Positions 30,939-41,503 of a stretch of 64,000 nucleotides of DNA are shown here, one piece after another (within the stretch, counting starts at the first letter, position 1; every line of letters begins with the position of its first letter). A program made the position numbers and the translations under genes. The notes beneath the pieces are model-generated. The model was not told the origin of the DNA and made no database searches. It saw only the letters and a list, made by a program, of their open reading frames with translations. The stretch comes from Sedimentisphaerales bacterium (lineage in GTDB: Bacteria; Planctomycetota; Phycisphaerae; Sedimentisphaerales; SM23-30), in assembly GCA_963663965.2 (NCBI GenBank), contig CAXXFK010000029.1:96001-160000 (forward strand). Direction: 5' to 3'.

Positions 30939-32231
30939 ATGACCGATACATCATTTAAAAAGGAAACACTGGCCATCCACGCCGGTCAGCGGCCAGATCC
31001 GACTACCAATTCACGGGCCGTACCTATCTATCTAACAACAAGTTATGTATTTAATAGCGCTGAACATGCCGGTAATCTCTTTGATCTTAAAGAACTCGGC
31101 AACATCTATACCCGTCTGCACAATCCCACCACCGATGTCTGGGAACAGCGAATGGCCGCTCTCGAAGGAGGTACCGCCGCACTGGGATTTTCCAGCGGTA
31201 TGGCCGCAATTTTTACTTCCATTCATAATCTGGCCAAAGTAGGCGACCATATTGTCAGTTCACCCCGGTTGTACGGCGGGACCGATACCCTGTTTCGCTA
31301 TACTCTCCCGCAGATTGGTATTCAAGTGTCCTTTAGCGAAGATCAATCTTCCGATAGCTTTGCCAAGGCCATAAGACCAAACACCAAGGCAATTTATATC
31401 GAAACCATCGGTAACCCGCGTTGTGATGTCGCCGATATCAAAGCGGTTGCCCAGGTAGCTCATGATAATGGGATTCCCCTGATAGTGGATAATACTTTTG
31501 CTCCCACCCTCTGTAAACCGATCGAATATGGCGCCGATATTTCAGTTCTGTCCTGTACCAAATGGGTAGGGGGTCACGGTACCAGTATCGGGGGTATCAT
31601 TGTTGACGGCGGCAGCTTCGATTGGGGCAGTGGTAAATTTCCGATGTTTACCGAACCGGATCCAAGCTATCACGGCCTGGTTATCTGGGACGCCTTCAAA
31701 GATTTTGCCGGCATGGGTAATGTCGCTTTCGTTTTGAAAGCCCGCATCCAGGCTATGCGCAATATCGGACCCTGTCCCAGTCCTTTCAATGCCTTCCAGT
31801 TCCTTCAGGGTATAGAAACCCTACCCCTGAGGATGGCACGCCATTGCGAAAACGCGCTGGCGCTGGCAAAGTTCCTGGAATCGCACAATAAGGTTGATTG
31901 GGTCAGCTATCCCGGCTTGCCCAGCCATCCCGATCACGCCAACGCAAAGAAATATCTTACTGGTGGCTTCGGCTCCGTTTTAGGTTTCGGTATTAAAGCC
32001 GGTCGCCCAGCCGGAGAAAAATTCATTAACTCCGTAAAACTTTGCAGCCACCTGGCCAATGTGGGTGATGCCAAAACCCTCGTCATTCATCCAGCTTCGA
32101 CCACACACCGTCAGCTTTCCGAAAAAGAGCTGATTCAGGCCGGAGTTACCGAAGAATTTGTTCGAATCTCCGTAGGTATTGAAAATATCGATGATATTAT
32201 CGCCGACGTAGACCAGGCTTTGAATGCTTAG
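30939..32231 (+). CDS. metY: O-acetylhomoserine aminocarboxypropyltransferase (sulfhydrylase)
   Basis: HAGQ, GNIYTRL.NPT, VDNTF, PLP-Lys SCTKWVGGHG, HLANVGDAKTLVIHPASTTH. Confidence 0.95.
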   Translation: MTDTSFKKETLAIHAGQRPDPTTNSRAVPIYLTTSYVFNSAEHAGNLFDLKELGNIYTRLHNPTTDVWEQRMAALEGGTAALGFSSGMAAIFTSIHNLAKVGDHIVSSPRLYGGTDTLFRYTLPQIGIQVSFSEDQSSDSFAKAIRPNTKAIYIETIGNPRCDVADIKAVAQVAHDNGIPLIVDNTFAPTLCKPIEYGADISVLSCTKWVGGHGTSIGGIIVDGGSFDWGSGKFPMFTEPDPSYHGLVIWDAFKDFAGMGNVAFVLKARIQAMRNIGPCPSPFNAFQFLQGIETLPLRMARHCENALALAKFLESHNKVDWVSYPGLPSHPDHANAKKYLTGGFGSVLGFGIKAGRPAGEKFINSVKLCSHLANVGDAKTLVIHPASTTHRQLSEKELIQAGVTEEFVRISVGIENIDDIIADVDQALNA

Positions 32232-32285
32232 AATAGATGATCACAGGCATACTCGATTCGTCCTCGTGGCGGATTGAGTAACGCC

Positions 32286-33485
32286 CTAATGCAGATAGGG
32301 TGTGACATCGAAATCGCCCACCCGTGCGACATAAAGGTCGGGATGGAGACTCAAGTCGATATCTTTATCCACAGGGGTTTCATCTTCAGATTCGTTTTTT
32401 TTATTTTTATCCACGGCCTTATCCAGTTCCACCGGCCGAACGATGGGGCGGCAGGGTTGGCTTTCATTGAGTTGCACGACAACGACTTCACGGTTGTCAT
32501 TTAAGACCACCTGTTCACCCAGATTAAATGCCGGCATCGCTTCGGTAAAGGCCCGGTAAACTTTTGGGTCGAACCATTTGGCGTAACCAGGATTTTTCAT
32601 TCGTTTCAGAGCGACTACATTAGGCGCAATCCTGCCATCCGGCAAGTATCTCAGCCCTTCAAAACGATCAGCCAGGGTAGCTACCCGGCAAAAGATATGG
32701 ATTTCCTCCCCTTTAAGAGGATAGGATGGCTCTTTCATGCCAGGCAGAATCTTGCGTTTGGGAAATCCACTACCATCAAAGTGCTGATGATGATTGATAA
32801 CCACTTGTGCCGCCAGAGGATTCAGCCCCTGACGAATCATCTTGAAACCCACTTCAGTATGTTTTTGCCATTCCGGAGCGCCCAGATCCTGGGCAGTCAT
32901 GTGAAATCCTTGAATTTCTTCTGGGAGGGTCAGTTTGCCCACATCATGCAGCATGCAACCAATTCCGAGTTGGGTCAGGTCATTCGCTGAGGCAAGAGTA
33001 ACCCGCGCGCGTTCGCGTACCAGATAATTTTGCAGTTTGATTCCCAGTAATATTGCCAGCGATGCCACTCGGACTCCATGCAGATGAATGTCTTCCGATT
33101 CCCCATGCAGTTCATCGATAAATGATGAGGTCACCCCGCCCTGCTGAAATATCCGCTGAAAAAACTCAGACATCTTTTCGGTGTAGTCTTTATAATTAAT
33201 CTGGGCCAACCCACCATCCTGGGCATCGCTGAAATCCTCTTTGAGCAACTTATAGAGTTCTTGCTGTTTGTTGATCAACTCCGGATCAATAACCTCATCC
33301 AGAAAATCCAGCCCGGGATAGTGAATCCAGACCTGACCAACTTTGAGTTCGCGTAAACGGTTGATAAATCCGTCATCCAGTTCAACGCCTGTTTTTAACA
33401 GGGTGAGATCCGGCTTAGTCGGATCCACCACGGCGCGTGCCAGTGTCATGCCTGGTTTGGTTTGATCAATTGGAACTTTCAGCAT
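32286..33485 (-). CDS. HD-GYP-like domain protein (c-di-GMP phosphodiesterase family, variant motifs)
   Basis: LKPGM-like N-terminus, LHDVGK, KHTEVG, HHQHFDGSGFP, LADRFE, FDP.V. Confidence 0.88.
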   Translation of the reverse strand: MLKVPIDQTKPGMTLARAVVDPTKPDLTLLKTGVELDDGFINRLRELKVGQVWIHYPGLDFLDEVIDPELINKQQELYKLLKEDFSDAQDGGLAQINYKDYTEKMSEFFQRIFQQGGVTSSFIDELHGESEDIHLHGVRVASLAILLGIKLQNYLVRERARVTLASANDLTQLGIGCMLHDVGKLTLPEEIQGFHMTAQDLGAPEWQKHTEVGFKMIRQGLNPLAAQVVINHHQHFDGSGFPKRKILPGMKEPSYPLKGEEIHIFCRVATLADRFEGLRYLPDGRIAPNVVALKRMKNPGYAKWFDPKVYRAFTEAMPAFNLGEQVVLNDNREVVVVQLNESQPCRPIVRPVELDKAVDKNKKNESEDETPVDKDIDLSLHPDLYVARVGDFDVTPYLH

Positions 33486-33536
33486 GGTATCATTTATGGG
33501 TTTTTAATTCTATATTATATAATCACAATATTTTAA

Positions 33537-33564
33537 GCATCGGTTTATTTGTACCCTGGCTTAA
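33537..33564 (-). promoter_or_regulatory. Putative sigma28-type promoter of the HD-GYP gene
   Basis: Minus strand TTAAG-N15-ACCGATGC, same geometry as the element before cheA. Confidence 0.5.
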
Positions 33565-34893
33565 ATGGGCTTGCCTGTTTTGCCCATTGGAGGCATAAAC
33601 GACACAGTCGTTATAAATCGCATGACCCAATCGCCTTACCTTTTTACGGAAAAAATTTTATTGAAATTAAGAAATTTCACAATGAATTAGCAAACCTAAA
33701 TATATCACCTGCCGATATCAATTCTGTAATCAGCCGAATATCCCGCGGCGTAACGTAAAGTCCTCTGGGAGTGTTAGAAGAGATGGCGACACAAAAAAAG
33801 AATGACAACCTGACTCGACCGGCATCAATAAAAGGAAAATGGCCCGTCCCTTTTGAACGCCCCGAAGTCAAATGGTATCCCGCTTCCAGTCGCCTGATTG
33901 GTATGATCCGCCAGAATAGCAAGAAATATATCCTTCCTCCCGCCGTTGTTCGCAAGGCAGCCTGGAGAGATTAGTCCATCCCGGTCCAATAAATCATCCT
34001 TTTCCGTCGGTATTCACTCTTAAATCATAAGGGCGCCTCTAAAAATTCATTCAGGGCTGCTGGCGGGTACTCCGCATTCAGCGAGACAAGCATTTTCCTC
34101 TGGACGGCGTCCCCCAAAACGTGAATATTGTCAAATAAGCCCGGTTCTTGGTTCCTTACCAGAGAAAAATCATCCTTGCTTTTGGCTCGAAAACGATTTT
34201 TATAGGCACCCAAAACTATTGCATAAGATGCTGTTGGATGAAGATATCTTTCTGTTCAGGTTCAGTACGTTCTCCTGAATACTGTTATAAAAATTCAAAG
34301 GCCGATGATTTATTCTGATATCAAGCAACGAGTGGAGGGTTCATCAAACAAGTATTTTATCGGTCTTTCAATTAAAAACATTCATTTATCGGATCTTAAA
34401 CCATTTCTAATGATATTTTTTTTGAAGGTTTCGGACAGCCCTGAACAGCATTCATTTATAGGAAATGGATATATCGATCATTGATCGGGAAGACAGAATT
34501 TTGACCTGAAGACGTTATATGGATTCGATATCACCGGATGAAAAGTAATGAGGAATGGATGGGATAACTTATTGTAAATGATTGTGTTGTAATCTGTCAA
34601 ATTCACAAGTTCGGCCTTATAATTTATCGTTTCCGATCAGTCAATATACCCGGTAAGTCCGGTAGATGCGTCATTTTCGTTGTTTTTTGCCTATCATAAA
34701 TTTTAAGTAAAGAACGCCTAGTCGTCAGGGATTTCCTATTCATCAGTTTTGGTCTATTCGGCGCAAACGGAATTTTCCTCACGGAGGGTATAATCTCAAC
34801 CGATATGAATCCTGAAGATGGATGAAAGTGGCATAAAGTATCTATCTGACTTATGCCAGGAGAATTTTGTTCTTATTGTTTAAGGCAACAGCC

Positions 34894-36111
34894 ATGTATG
34901 AGAAAAAACAAGTTAGTATCCTGATTAGCCGCACAATGTTAATAGTTATGCTGCTACTCTCATTGACGCTCGGTGGCTGCGGCAAGCCCAAACGGGCTGC
35001 CCGTCCCTATAAGATTGCCCCGAGCCAATTAGACAACAGCATGGCGGGATATGCCCGGCCTGATGAGCAGGTTGGCTGGCAGACTGCCAGTCAGTCACCC
35101 CAGGGGCATCCGGAAGAAGGGATTCAACAGTGGGATTCCAGTCAGCAACCCGCCTTGACCGCCCGCGGTTCCTCAACCGAGTATCATTTTGGCCCGGGTG
35201 ATGTGCTTTTAATAAAGGTATTTCAATTGCTGGAACCGGATAAAGAGGCGATCATCAAGGCTGAAGTTGACCGCACCGGTCATATTTATATGCCCGTCCT
35301 GAACCATATTTATGTCAATGAACTTACCGTGGAACAGCTACAACGGGAATTGATACGCCGGCTGGCGACGAATTATATCAAAGACCCCAAAGTCAATGTT
35401 GCCATCGAACAGTTCAACAGCAAACTGGTTATGGTTATGGGGAATGTTAACCGGACCGGGACGCTGGCATTACAGACCGATAATACTACCTTACTGGATG
35501 TCATCAGTCAGATGAATGGCTTGCGTACTCCGACAGGGCCAGAGATTGAAATACTACGCGGAGCATATAATCCTACTGGATCGAAGCAAACCGGAGCCTC
35601 AATGATCGATGCCACCGGAAAAAAACGCGAGCGCGTTCCAGTAAGTCTGTTATTCAGTGACAATGAACGCAGTCGAGTCAATCCAGTGATCTATCCGGGA
35701 GATGTCGTGAATGTTCTGCCGGCATCCGAGGGATATATTTATGTTGCCGGAGAGGTCAAGCAACCTGGGTCTAAAGATTTCAGGCGGCCACTAACCATTA
35801 TGCAAGCGATAGCCGTTTGCGGTGGAGAGACCAAAATCGCTGACGAAAAACATTGTACCGTCATTCGGCGCGGCGTCGATGGCATTGAACGCGAGGTGGT
35901 TATCAACCTGGAACGTATCCGGGAGGGTAAAGATGACAATATCCTGCTGGCCCAGAACGATACGATCTATGTGCCGGTGGATGGCTGGAAGAAATTCTGG
36001 GATGATGTGAATAATATGTTCCGTCGTGGCGTCAGCACCGGTGTCAGTTTCACTTATGATGCTGCCCGTGATGCGGGAGTGACCAGCGCCGGCGGCGCAG
36101 GTGGATACTAA
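34894..36111 (+). CDS. Polysaccharide export lipoprotein (Wza/Poly_export + SLBB)
   Basis: Lipobox LGGC, Y.FGPGDVL.I.V, Y.KDP.V.V, V.GEV..PG SLBB repeats; start uncertain (34867/34894/34936). Confidence 0.88.
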   Translation: MYEKKQVSILISRTMLIVMLLLSLTLGGCGKPKRAARPYKIAPSQLDNSMAGYARPDEQVGWQTASQSPQGHPEEGIQQWDSSQQPALTARGSSTEYHFGPGDVLLIKVFQLLEPDKEAIIKAEVDRTGHIYMPVLNHIYVNELTVEQLQRELIRRLATNYIKDPKVNVAIEQFNSKLVMVMGNVNRTGTLALQTDNTTLLDVISQMNGLRTPTGPEIEILRGAYNPTGSKQTGASMIDATGKKRERVPVSLLFSDNERSRVNPVIYPGDVVNVLPASEGYIYVAGEVKQPGSKDFRRPLTIMQAIAVCGGETKIADEKHCTVIRRGVDGIEREVVINLERIREGKDDNILLAQNDTIYVPVDGWKKFWDDVNNMFRRGVSTGVSFTYDAARDAGVTSAGGAGGY

Positions 36112-36227
36112 TCGCAAGGATGCTGATCAAACAGAATGCATGACGAGAGTAGAGTATAAACCGGACAATCAGCGAATCTCAACGACAAGTAGATTCGAGT
36201 CCCAATGAAATCAGGAACAGGCTGACT

Positions 36228-38381
36228 ATGAATGCCAACTATCTCAACAACACATCGGCCGGAGGCACGGCGCCTCAGACCGCAGGAACTCCAGGTTACC
36301 ATCCGATCAAAATCCTGGTCCGCCGCCGCTGGCAGTTATTTGCCTGCCTGCTTTTGGTCTGTACCATGGCATTGGCATCGGCATTTTTAGCGCGTCCATC
36401 GTTTCAAGCGGCCAGTCAGGTTCAGATTGTCAGTGACAGTCCGGACAAACTGGGGGGATTGACCGAATTATTAGGGGGAGGGACGCAGGGCGATTATTTC
36501 GACACCCAATGCAAATTGATCAAGTCGCGAAAAGTGCTTTCAGAAGCCTCACGCCGAATGAGCAACGCCTCGGAGTGGAGCTATAATGACAATATATACG
36601 ATACCATGAAATCCAAGGTCCAGGTGGTGCCGATCAGTCAGTCACGTTTGATAGAAATAATCGGGATTGGGGAATCGCCATCGGAAGCGGCCGCCATTTC
36701 CAATCATGTGACCGCCGCTTTTGTGGATACGATGATCAGCGATTACAAGGCGGATACGGCCCGGGTGATACGCCGCATTCAAAACCAGATAGACGGATAT
36801 GATAAAAATATCTCTGAGATAGAACAATCGATTCAGCAATATCGACAGGAGCATAAAATCGCGAATCCGGGCGCCATTACCCGGGAAACGGAAACTCAAA
36901 TCGCTTTATTTGAGAAAGATATCGCCAGCCTTCGTATGCAGCAGATTGACCTGGTCCAACGAAAAACCGATTTGGAAAACCTGTTGGCGAATCCAACCAT
37001 ACTGGAATCCGGACAATATTATGTAAAAGAATTGTCCGGTAATACGCGTATCGCAAACCTGGACAGCGAGATCAGGAAACTTGTTCAGGAGGAAACCCAG
37101 TTAGCCCGTATCTATTTACCGGGTCATGACAAGTTAAAAGCCGTACGTGAGAAACTGGCGGACTTGCAGAATACGCGCTATTTGGAAACCGTTTCGCTGA
37201 TCGAGGAGTTATATCGCCAGGTTTCCGACCAGATAGACACCGGTGAGGAAAGAGAAAAGTCATTGAATCAATTGCTTGCCCAGGAACGGGATCGGAATAT
37301 TGAACTGGCGGGATTTCAAAATGAATATGGCAAACTGGTAACACTATTGGCAGAAAATACCCAGGCGCGCCAGCAACTTGAGCAGACATTACGAAAATTC
37401 GAGATATCAGAAAGTATGAAAGAATCGCCGGTAGTGGTCGTTGACTCCGCTCATTTGCCGACCAAGCCGGTCGGTTTAACGGCCGAACACCGGGCGGCAT
37501 CCATTTTGTTGCTAGGATTGGTATTCAGTATTGTGTTTATCCTGTCTGTCGAGAGATTGACGACTAACGAGCCGGTAGAAAGTCCGCAATCCGCCCAACC
37601 GGGAATGGCACCCTGGAATGGTTGGGCCTGGCCGAGCATGATTCCGCAACCGGTGACCAAAATGAGCGAGCGGAATATTCTGGGTCGTATTGGAAGGATT
37701 GATTATGCCAGTGGAGAAAGTGACCGGGCGATTGCCGCCCGTTGCCGGATCGTCCATGTGGATGCCGCCGGCGCCGCCTCCAATGGATTCCGGGAAGCAG
37801 GCGCCAGACTGCTGAGCCGATTTGGCCGTTCCCATCAGAGTATTGTCGTGACGGGCAGTTCGCATGGCAGCGGCAAATCGACCTGTGCCAGCAATCTATC
37901 CCTGACCATACATCAATCACAACGGCAAGTAGTACTGGTCGACTGCAATCCAGTGTCCAGTCCCATCGCTTTGGCTTATCAATATAATCGCAGAATGCTG
38001 GATCTTTCGCTGTTTCGTGATGATCCGACTTTGCTGGAAGATTATCTGAGCGCAACCGATTTGCCCGGCCTGACGATATTGGCCATTGATACGGATTCGA
38101 TTTCAGCCGGCCATGACGGGATAACAACATTGGCGCTATTGCAAGCGGATTTATCAGCACGATATGACTGGGTGATCTATGACAGCGGTCTGATTGGCGA
38201 TCCGGTGACTGACCGGTTGCTTCAAATCGTGGGTAAAGCGGTTCATGTCAATGGCGCCGAGGATCTGGATGAGCCAGACATGGTGATGGAGCAGATTGAA
38301 AATCGCGGCGCCGTTTGTGTGGGTTGTATCGATAACCGTTTCTTCCGATATGCTCCGAACCGCTATCCGGTTAACGTTTAA
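36228..38381 (+). CDS. Polysaccharide co-polymerase / Wzc(GumC)-like protein
   Basis: ILVRRRW + TM, long coiled coil, VVDSA.LP.KP + TM, Walker A GSSHGSGKST, VLVDC, YDWVIYDS. Confidence 0.85.
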   Translation: MNANYLNNTSAGGTAPQTAGTPGYHPIKILVRRRWQLFACLLLVCTMALASAFLARPSFQAASQVQIVSDSPDKLGGLTELLGGGTQGDYFDTQCKLIKSRKVLSEASRRMSNASEWSYNDNIYDTMKSKVQVVPISQSRLIEIIGIGESPSEAAAISNHVTAAFVDTMISDYKADTARVIRRIQNQIDGYDKNISEIEQSIQQYRQEHKIANPGAITRETETQIALFEKDIASLRMQQIDLVQRKTDLENLLANPTILESGQYYVKELSGNTRIANLDSEIRKLVQEETQLARIYLPGHDKLKAVREKLADLQNTRYLETVSLIEELYRQVSDQIDTGEEREKSLNQLLAQERDRNIELAGFQNEYGKLVTLLAENTQARQQLEQTLRKFEISESMKESPVVVVDSAHLPTKPVGLTAEHRAASILLLGLVFSIVFILSVERLTTNEPVESPQSAQPGMAPWNGWAWPSMIPQPVTKMSERNILGRIGRIDYASGESDRAIAARCRIVHVDAAGAASNGFREAGARLLSRFGRSHQSIVVTGSSHGSGKSTCASNLSLTIHQSQRQVVLVDCNPVSSPIALAYQYNRRMLDLSLFRDDPTLLEDYLSATDLPGLTILAIDTDSISAGHDGITTLALLQADLSARYDWVIYDSGLIGDPVTDRLLQIVGKAVHVNGAEDLDEPDMVMEQIENRGAVCVGCIDNRFFRYAPNRYPVNV

Positions 38382-38458
38382 TTAGAAAATTTTGAGAGAG
38401 TAGATAAATGTAGTCTACCATCGATAGTGAGCGTTTTGTTAGATTAAGAGAAATAACT

Positions 38459-40021
38459 ATGATCGCTGGAAAGTCAATTTTTGAGATGGCTACCCTGGAA
38501 CAGATAGGCATGATTGCCTGTGGATCGGGATTTCTGATGGCATTGACCATTGGAACGATTCTCACCGCATTAATGTGTCGAATCGGTCATCGTATTGGCG
38601 CTTTGGATCGCCCTGACGGTCTGTTGAAATGCCATGAGAGAGCAACTCCAACCCTGGGCGGCCTGCCATTGCTGGCGACCTTACTCATCAGTACTCTGGC
38701 TGTTGGAACGGTTGTCACCCTGCGTGATGGAGGCGGCTTAGTGGGGCAGTGGGTGCAATCGGTTTCGCTGACAGGATTAATTGTATCCTGTGTTATTATA
38801 ACCTTGTTGGGTGTGTGTGATGATCTCAACCAGATTATGCCCAGAACCAAATTATTTTTTCAATCCATAGCGGCTTTGGTTGTAATAGGTTCTGGTTTTG
38901 TTATTCAGCGATGCGGATTTTTTGGAGTGTTTGATGTTGATTTGGGGATTCTGGCCGTACCCTTTACTTTATTCTGGTTGATAGGGAGTTGTAATGCATA
39001 TAATTTTATTGACGGGATGGACGGGCTGGCCAGTGGTATCGGTTTGTTCAGCAGTCTGATTCTGGGAGTTCTGGCATTTTTATGCGGAGATTTTGCTGAT
39101 GCTCTGATCGCATTCTGCCTGGCCGGAACCTTGCTGGCTATTTTAATGTTCAATTTTAAACCGGCCATGATATTTCTGGGAGATAGCGGATCACAACTGA
39201 TTGGATTGCTGCTGGGGGCATTAAGTATTCGGATTGCCACGCAACATGGCGTATTTATGTTGCCGGCGGCCGGTTTAATCTTGAGTATTCCAATCGTGGA
39301 TTGTTTTTTATCGATCATTCGGCGTTTCAGCTTACTGGCTTCACCGGCACAGGGAGACCATCGACATATCCATCATTGTCTGCAAAGAGAAGGTTTAAGT
39401 GTACCGGAAGCGGCCGTTACGCTTTGGATCGCAACCGTATTAACCGGTGTGATGGGGATCGTATTCTTTTATTCCTGGGGTATCGCCACCGGTATTTCAG
39501 CGTTGGCTCTGGTGCTGATAGAGCTTTATATTGGAATCCGATTGGGATGTCTGGAGGTGCAAGGTTTGATGACCCGGGTGGGTCTTGTGTTTCACCGGCA
39601 GAGAGAAGATCAGAAAACCGCCACCCAAACCCTGTTGGAATTGGAGTTGCTTTGGGAGCATATGAAGCCGTTGTTTGAGAAGACTCGTCTGGACCGTGCC
39701 ATTCTTACTCTGGAGGGCATTACGACAGATGGGCAGCCCAGTTGCAAAATCTATCGATGGGCACGATCGGAATCATTGATGGCTGAATTTCTGGCCAGCC
39801 GCTGGACCAAACGGTTCTCGCTGGGCGATGACAGCCAGGTGGCGACTCTGCAACTGGAATCCATGGAGCAATTGAGCCGGAACGAGAGGCGTATCCAGTG
39901 GCTTTTACGCCAGATACGCGATAATATGCGAAATTCGACCCGGCCCGATCATCCTCATCCCACGCCACGAGCTCCACAAAAAGCCAATCCTGAAGAGAGT
40001 CCACAGTATCAAAAGACCTGA
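38459..40021 (+). CDS. Undecaprenyl-phosphate GlcNAc-1-phosphate transferase (WecA/MraY family) with C-terminal extension
   Basis: PTLGG, GVCDD, NAYNFIDGMDGLA, FNFKPA.IFLGDSGS, GD.RHIHH. Confidence 0.9.
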   Translation: MIAGKSIFEMATLEQIGMIACGSGFLMALTIGTILTALMCRIGHRIGALDRPDGLLKCHERATPTLGGLPLLATLLISTLAVGTVVTLRDGGGLVGQWVQSVSLTGLIVSCVIITLLGVCDDLNQIMPRTKLFFQSIAALVVIGSGFVIQRCGFFGVFDVDLGILAVPFTLFWLIGSCNAYNFIDGMDGLASGIGLFSSLILGVLAFLCGDFADALIAFCLAGTLLAILMFNFKPAMIFLGDSGSQLIGLLLGALSIRIATQHGVFMLPAAGLILSIPIVDCFLSIIRRFSLLASPAQGDHRHIHHCLQREGLSVPEAAVTLWIATVLTGVMGIVFFYSWGIATGISALALVLIELYIGIRLGCLEVQGLMTRVGLVFHRQREDQKTATQTLLELELLWEHMKPLFEKTRLDRAILTLEGITTDGQPSCKIYRWARSESLMAEFLASRWTKRFSLGDDSQVATLQLESMEQLSRNERRIQWLLRQIRDNMRNSTRPDHPHPTPRAPQKANPEESPQYQKT

Positions 40022-40031
40022 TAAGAGATTG

Positions 40032-40059
40032 AAAAAAAGCCGGTTTTGCCGGCTTTTTT
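40032..40059. terminator. Bidirectional intrinsic terminator
   Basis: A7-GCCGG-TTTTG-CCGGC-T6 between convergent genes. Confidence 0.85.
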
Positions 40060-40066
40060 AATACAT

Positions 40067-41011
40067 TTAAACGGGCTTGGCTTCTTCAGGAATCTTCAGG
40101 GGTTCGGTCCGTCTTGGACTTTGTCGGACCCGTCTGGCGAAATCATCAACTTCCAATAGCTTCTCAAAACCAACAATCATGGTATCCACGCATCCCAGAT
40201 TCAAAACGAAATCGACGGCATAGCTGCGCTTTTCATCATCATCCCGGTATTTGCCTTCGCCAATCAGTTTCATGGCGACCAATCCCTTTTTGTTTTTGTG
40301 AATTTCCTGGAGCACGGGAATGACTTCATGAGGTTTTCCATCCATGGACACGCCATAAGGATTAATCCTGGCATGTACTGAATCCACCCAGGGAGAAGCG
40401 GCGGCAAGCTTCAATGCGTCTAACGAATGGCATGAGACACCATGGGCGCGAATGAGGCCTTTCTTTTTACAATTTTCCAATAGTTCCATCTGTTTTTCGA
40501 AAGTCTTGGTCCAATCCTTTTGGGTCATACAATGGATAAGAACCAGATCGATATAATCCGTACCGATTTCCTTTAAAAAGCGTTCAAGCACCAAGTCGGC
40601 ATCGGGGCGTTCCTCGGAAGGCAGGCCATTCTTATGGAACCATATTTTGCTGGTTAATACAAATTTGTCGCGGGGAATTTCTTTTAATCCACGCATGATG
40701 TAGTGGTGAGAACCGTAAATATCAGCCAGGTCAAACAGGCGTATTCCCCGGTCATAACAACCCCGAATCAGCTCTAAGAACCCTTTTTCGCCCAAACGTG
40801 TCTGGTTGGATTGCTGGTTAAATCCTTTCATGCCGGTTCCCAAACCAATCCGCGATACTTTGATGCCTGTTTTGCCCAATTCAATGATTTCGTAGGGATC
40901 ATAATGAGTTTTTTGAGGATCAAGCTGTGCGATTGATGCCTGAGGGCGGATCCAGGAACCGGCCAGACCAGCCAGAGAACCCGCCAGGAAAGCCCGTCTG
41001 TTCAATTTCAT
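40067..41011 (-). CDS. Tat-exported aldo/keto reductase
   Basis: NRRAFL twin-arginine signal; LGKTGIKVSRIGLGT, FDLADIYG, TDYIDLVLIH, GVSCH, AMK. Confidence 0.9.
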   Translation of the reverse strand: MKLNRRAFLAGSLAGLAGSWIRPQASIAQLDPQKTHYDPYEIIELGKTGIKVSRIGLGTGMKGFNQQSNQTRLGEKGFLELIRGCYDRGIRLFDLADIYGSHHYIMRGLKEIPRDKFVLTSKIWFHKNGLPSEERPDADLVLERFLKEIGTDYIDLVLIHCMTQKDWTKTFEKQMELLENCKKKGLIRAHGVSCHSLDALKLAAASPWVDSVHARINPYGVSMDGKPHEVIPVLQEIHKNKKGLVAMKLIGEGKYRDDDEKRSYAVDFVLNLGCVDTMIVGFEKLLEVDDFARRVRQSPRRTEPLKIPEEAKPV

Positions 41012-41144
41012 AACTTTATCTCCAGTTGTTTCTAATTTTTATTAGAGCGAAAGAATGATTGATAAATTATAGGCTGATGTGAACAGATAAACAATTAAAT
41101 CTCATTTTGAACGCATAGTAATCACCAGAGATTGCAAAAATAGA

Positions 41145-41172
41145 TTGACAAAAGTAATATTTCATTTATAAT
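41145..41172 (+). promoter_or_regulatory. Sigma70 promoter with perfect consensus hexamers
   Basis: TTGACA-N16-TATAAT. Confidence 0.85.
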
Positions 41173-41227
41173 ACGATGCTCTATTTGCTAAGTGACTGTA
41201 AGATATTATAAATAGGAGACTTATTAC

Positions 41228-41458
41228 ATGGGACATAGACGTGACCGGCTTGATGGCCGTTTGGAATATCAGATAAAGACCCGCCGAGAAAAATCGCTTA
41301 TTAAAGAGAAATATCACACTCGTAAAGATGCCCGCATGATTGAAGCGATTAAAAAAGATTCATTGCCTTATACCCCGGAGGTAATGAGTTGGTTAAGCGT
41401 CAAGCTGGATAAGAAATCCTCCAAAATCACGGCTGAGGATATCAAAAAACTAATATAA
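41228..41458 (+). CDS. Small basic hypothetical protein (76 aa)
   Basis: Own consensus promoter, aggag RBS, downstream terminator; Lys/Arg-rich helical sequence. Confidence 0.85.
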   Translation: MGHRRDRLDGRLEYQIKTRREKSLIKEKYHTRKDARMIEAIKKDSLPYTPEVMSWLSVKLDKKSSKITAEDIKKLI

Positions 41459-41503
41459 CTTCTTTTTTGGCAATGCCTTAAAAAGATTAGTGCTTATCGA
41501 TAT

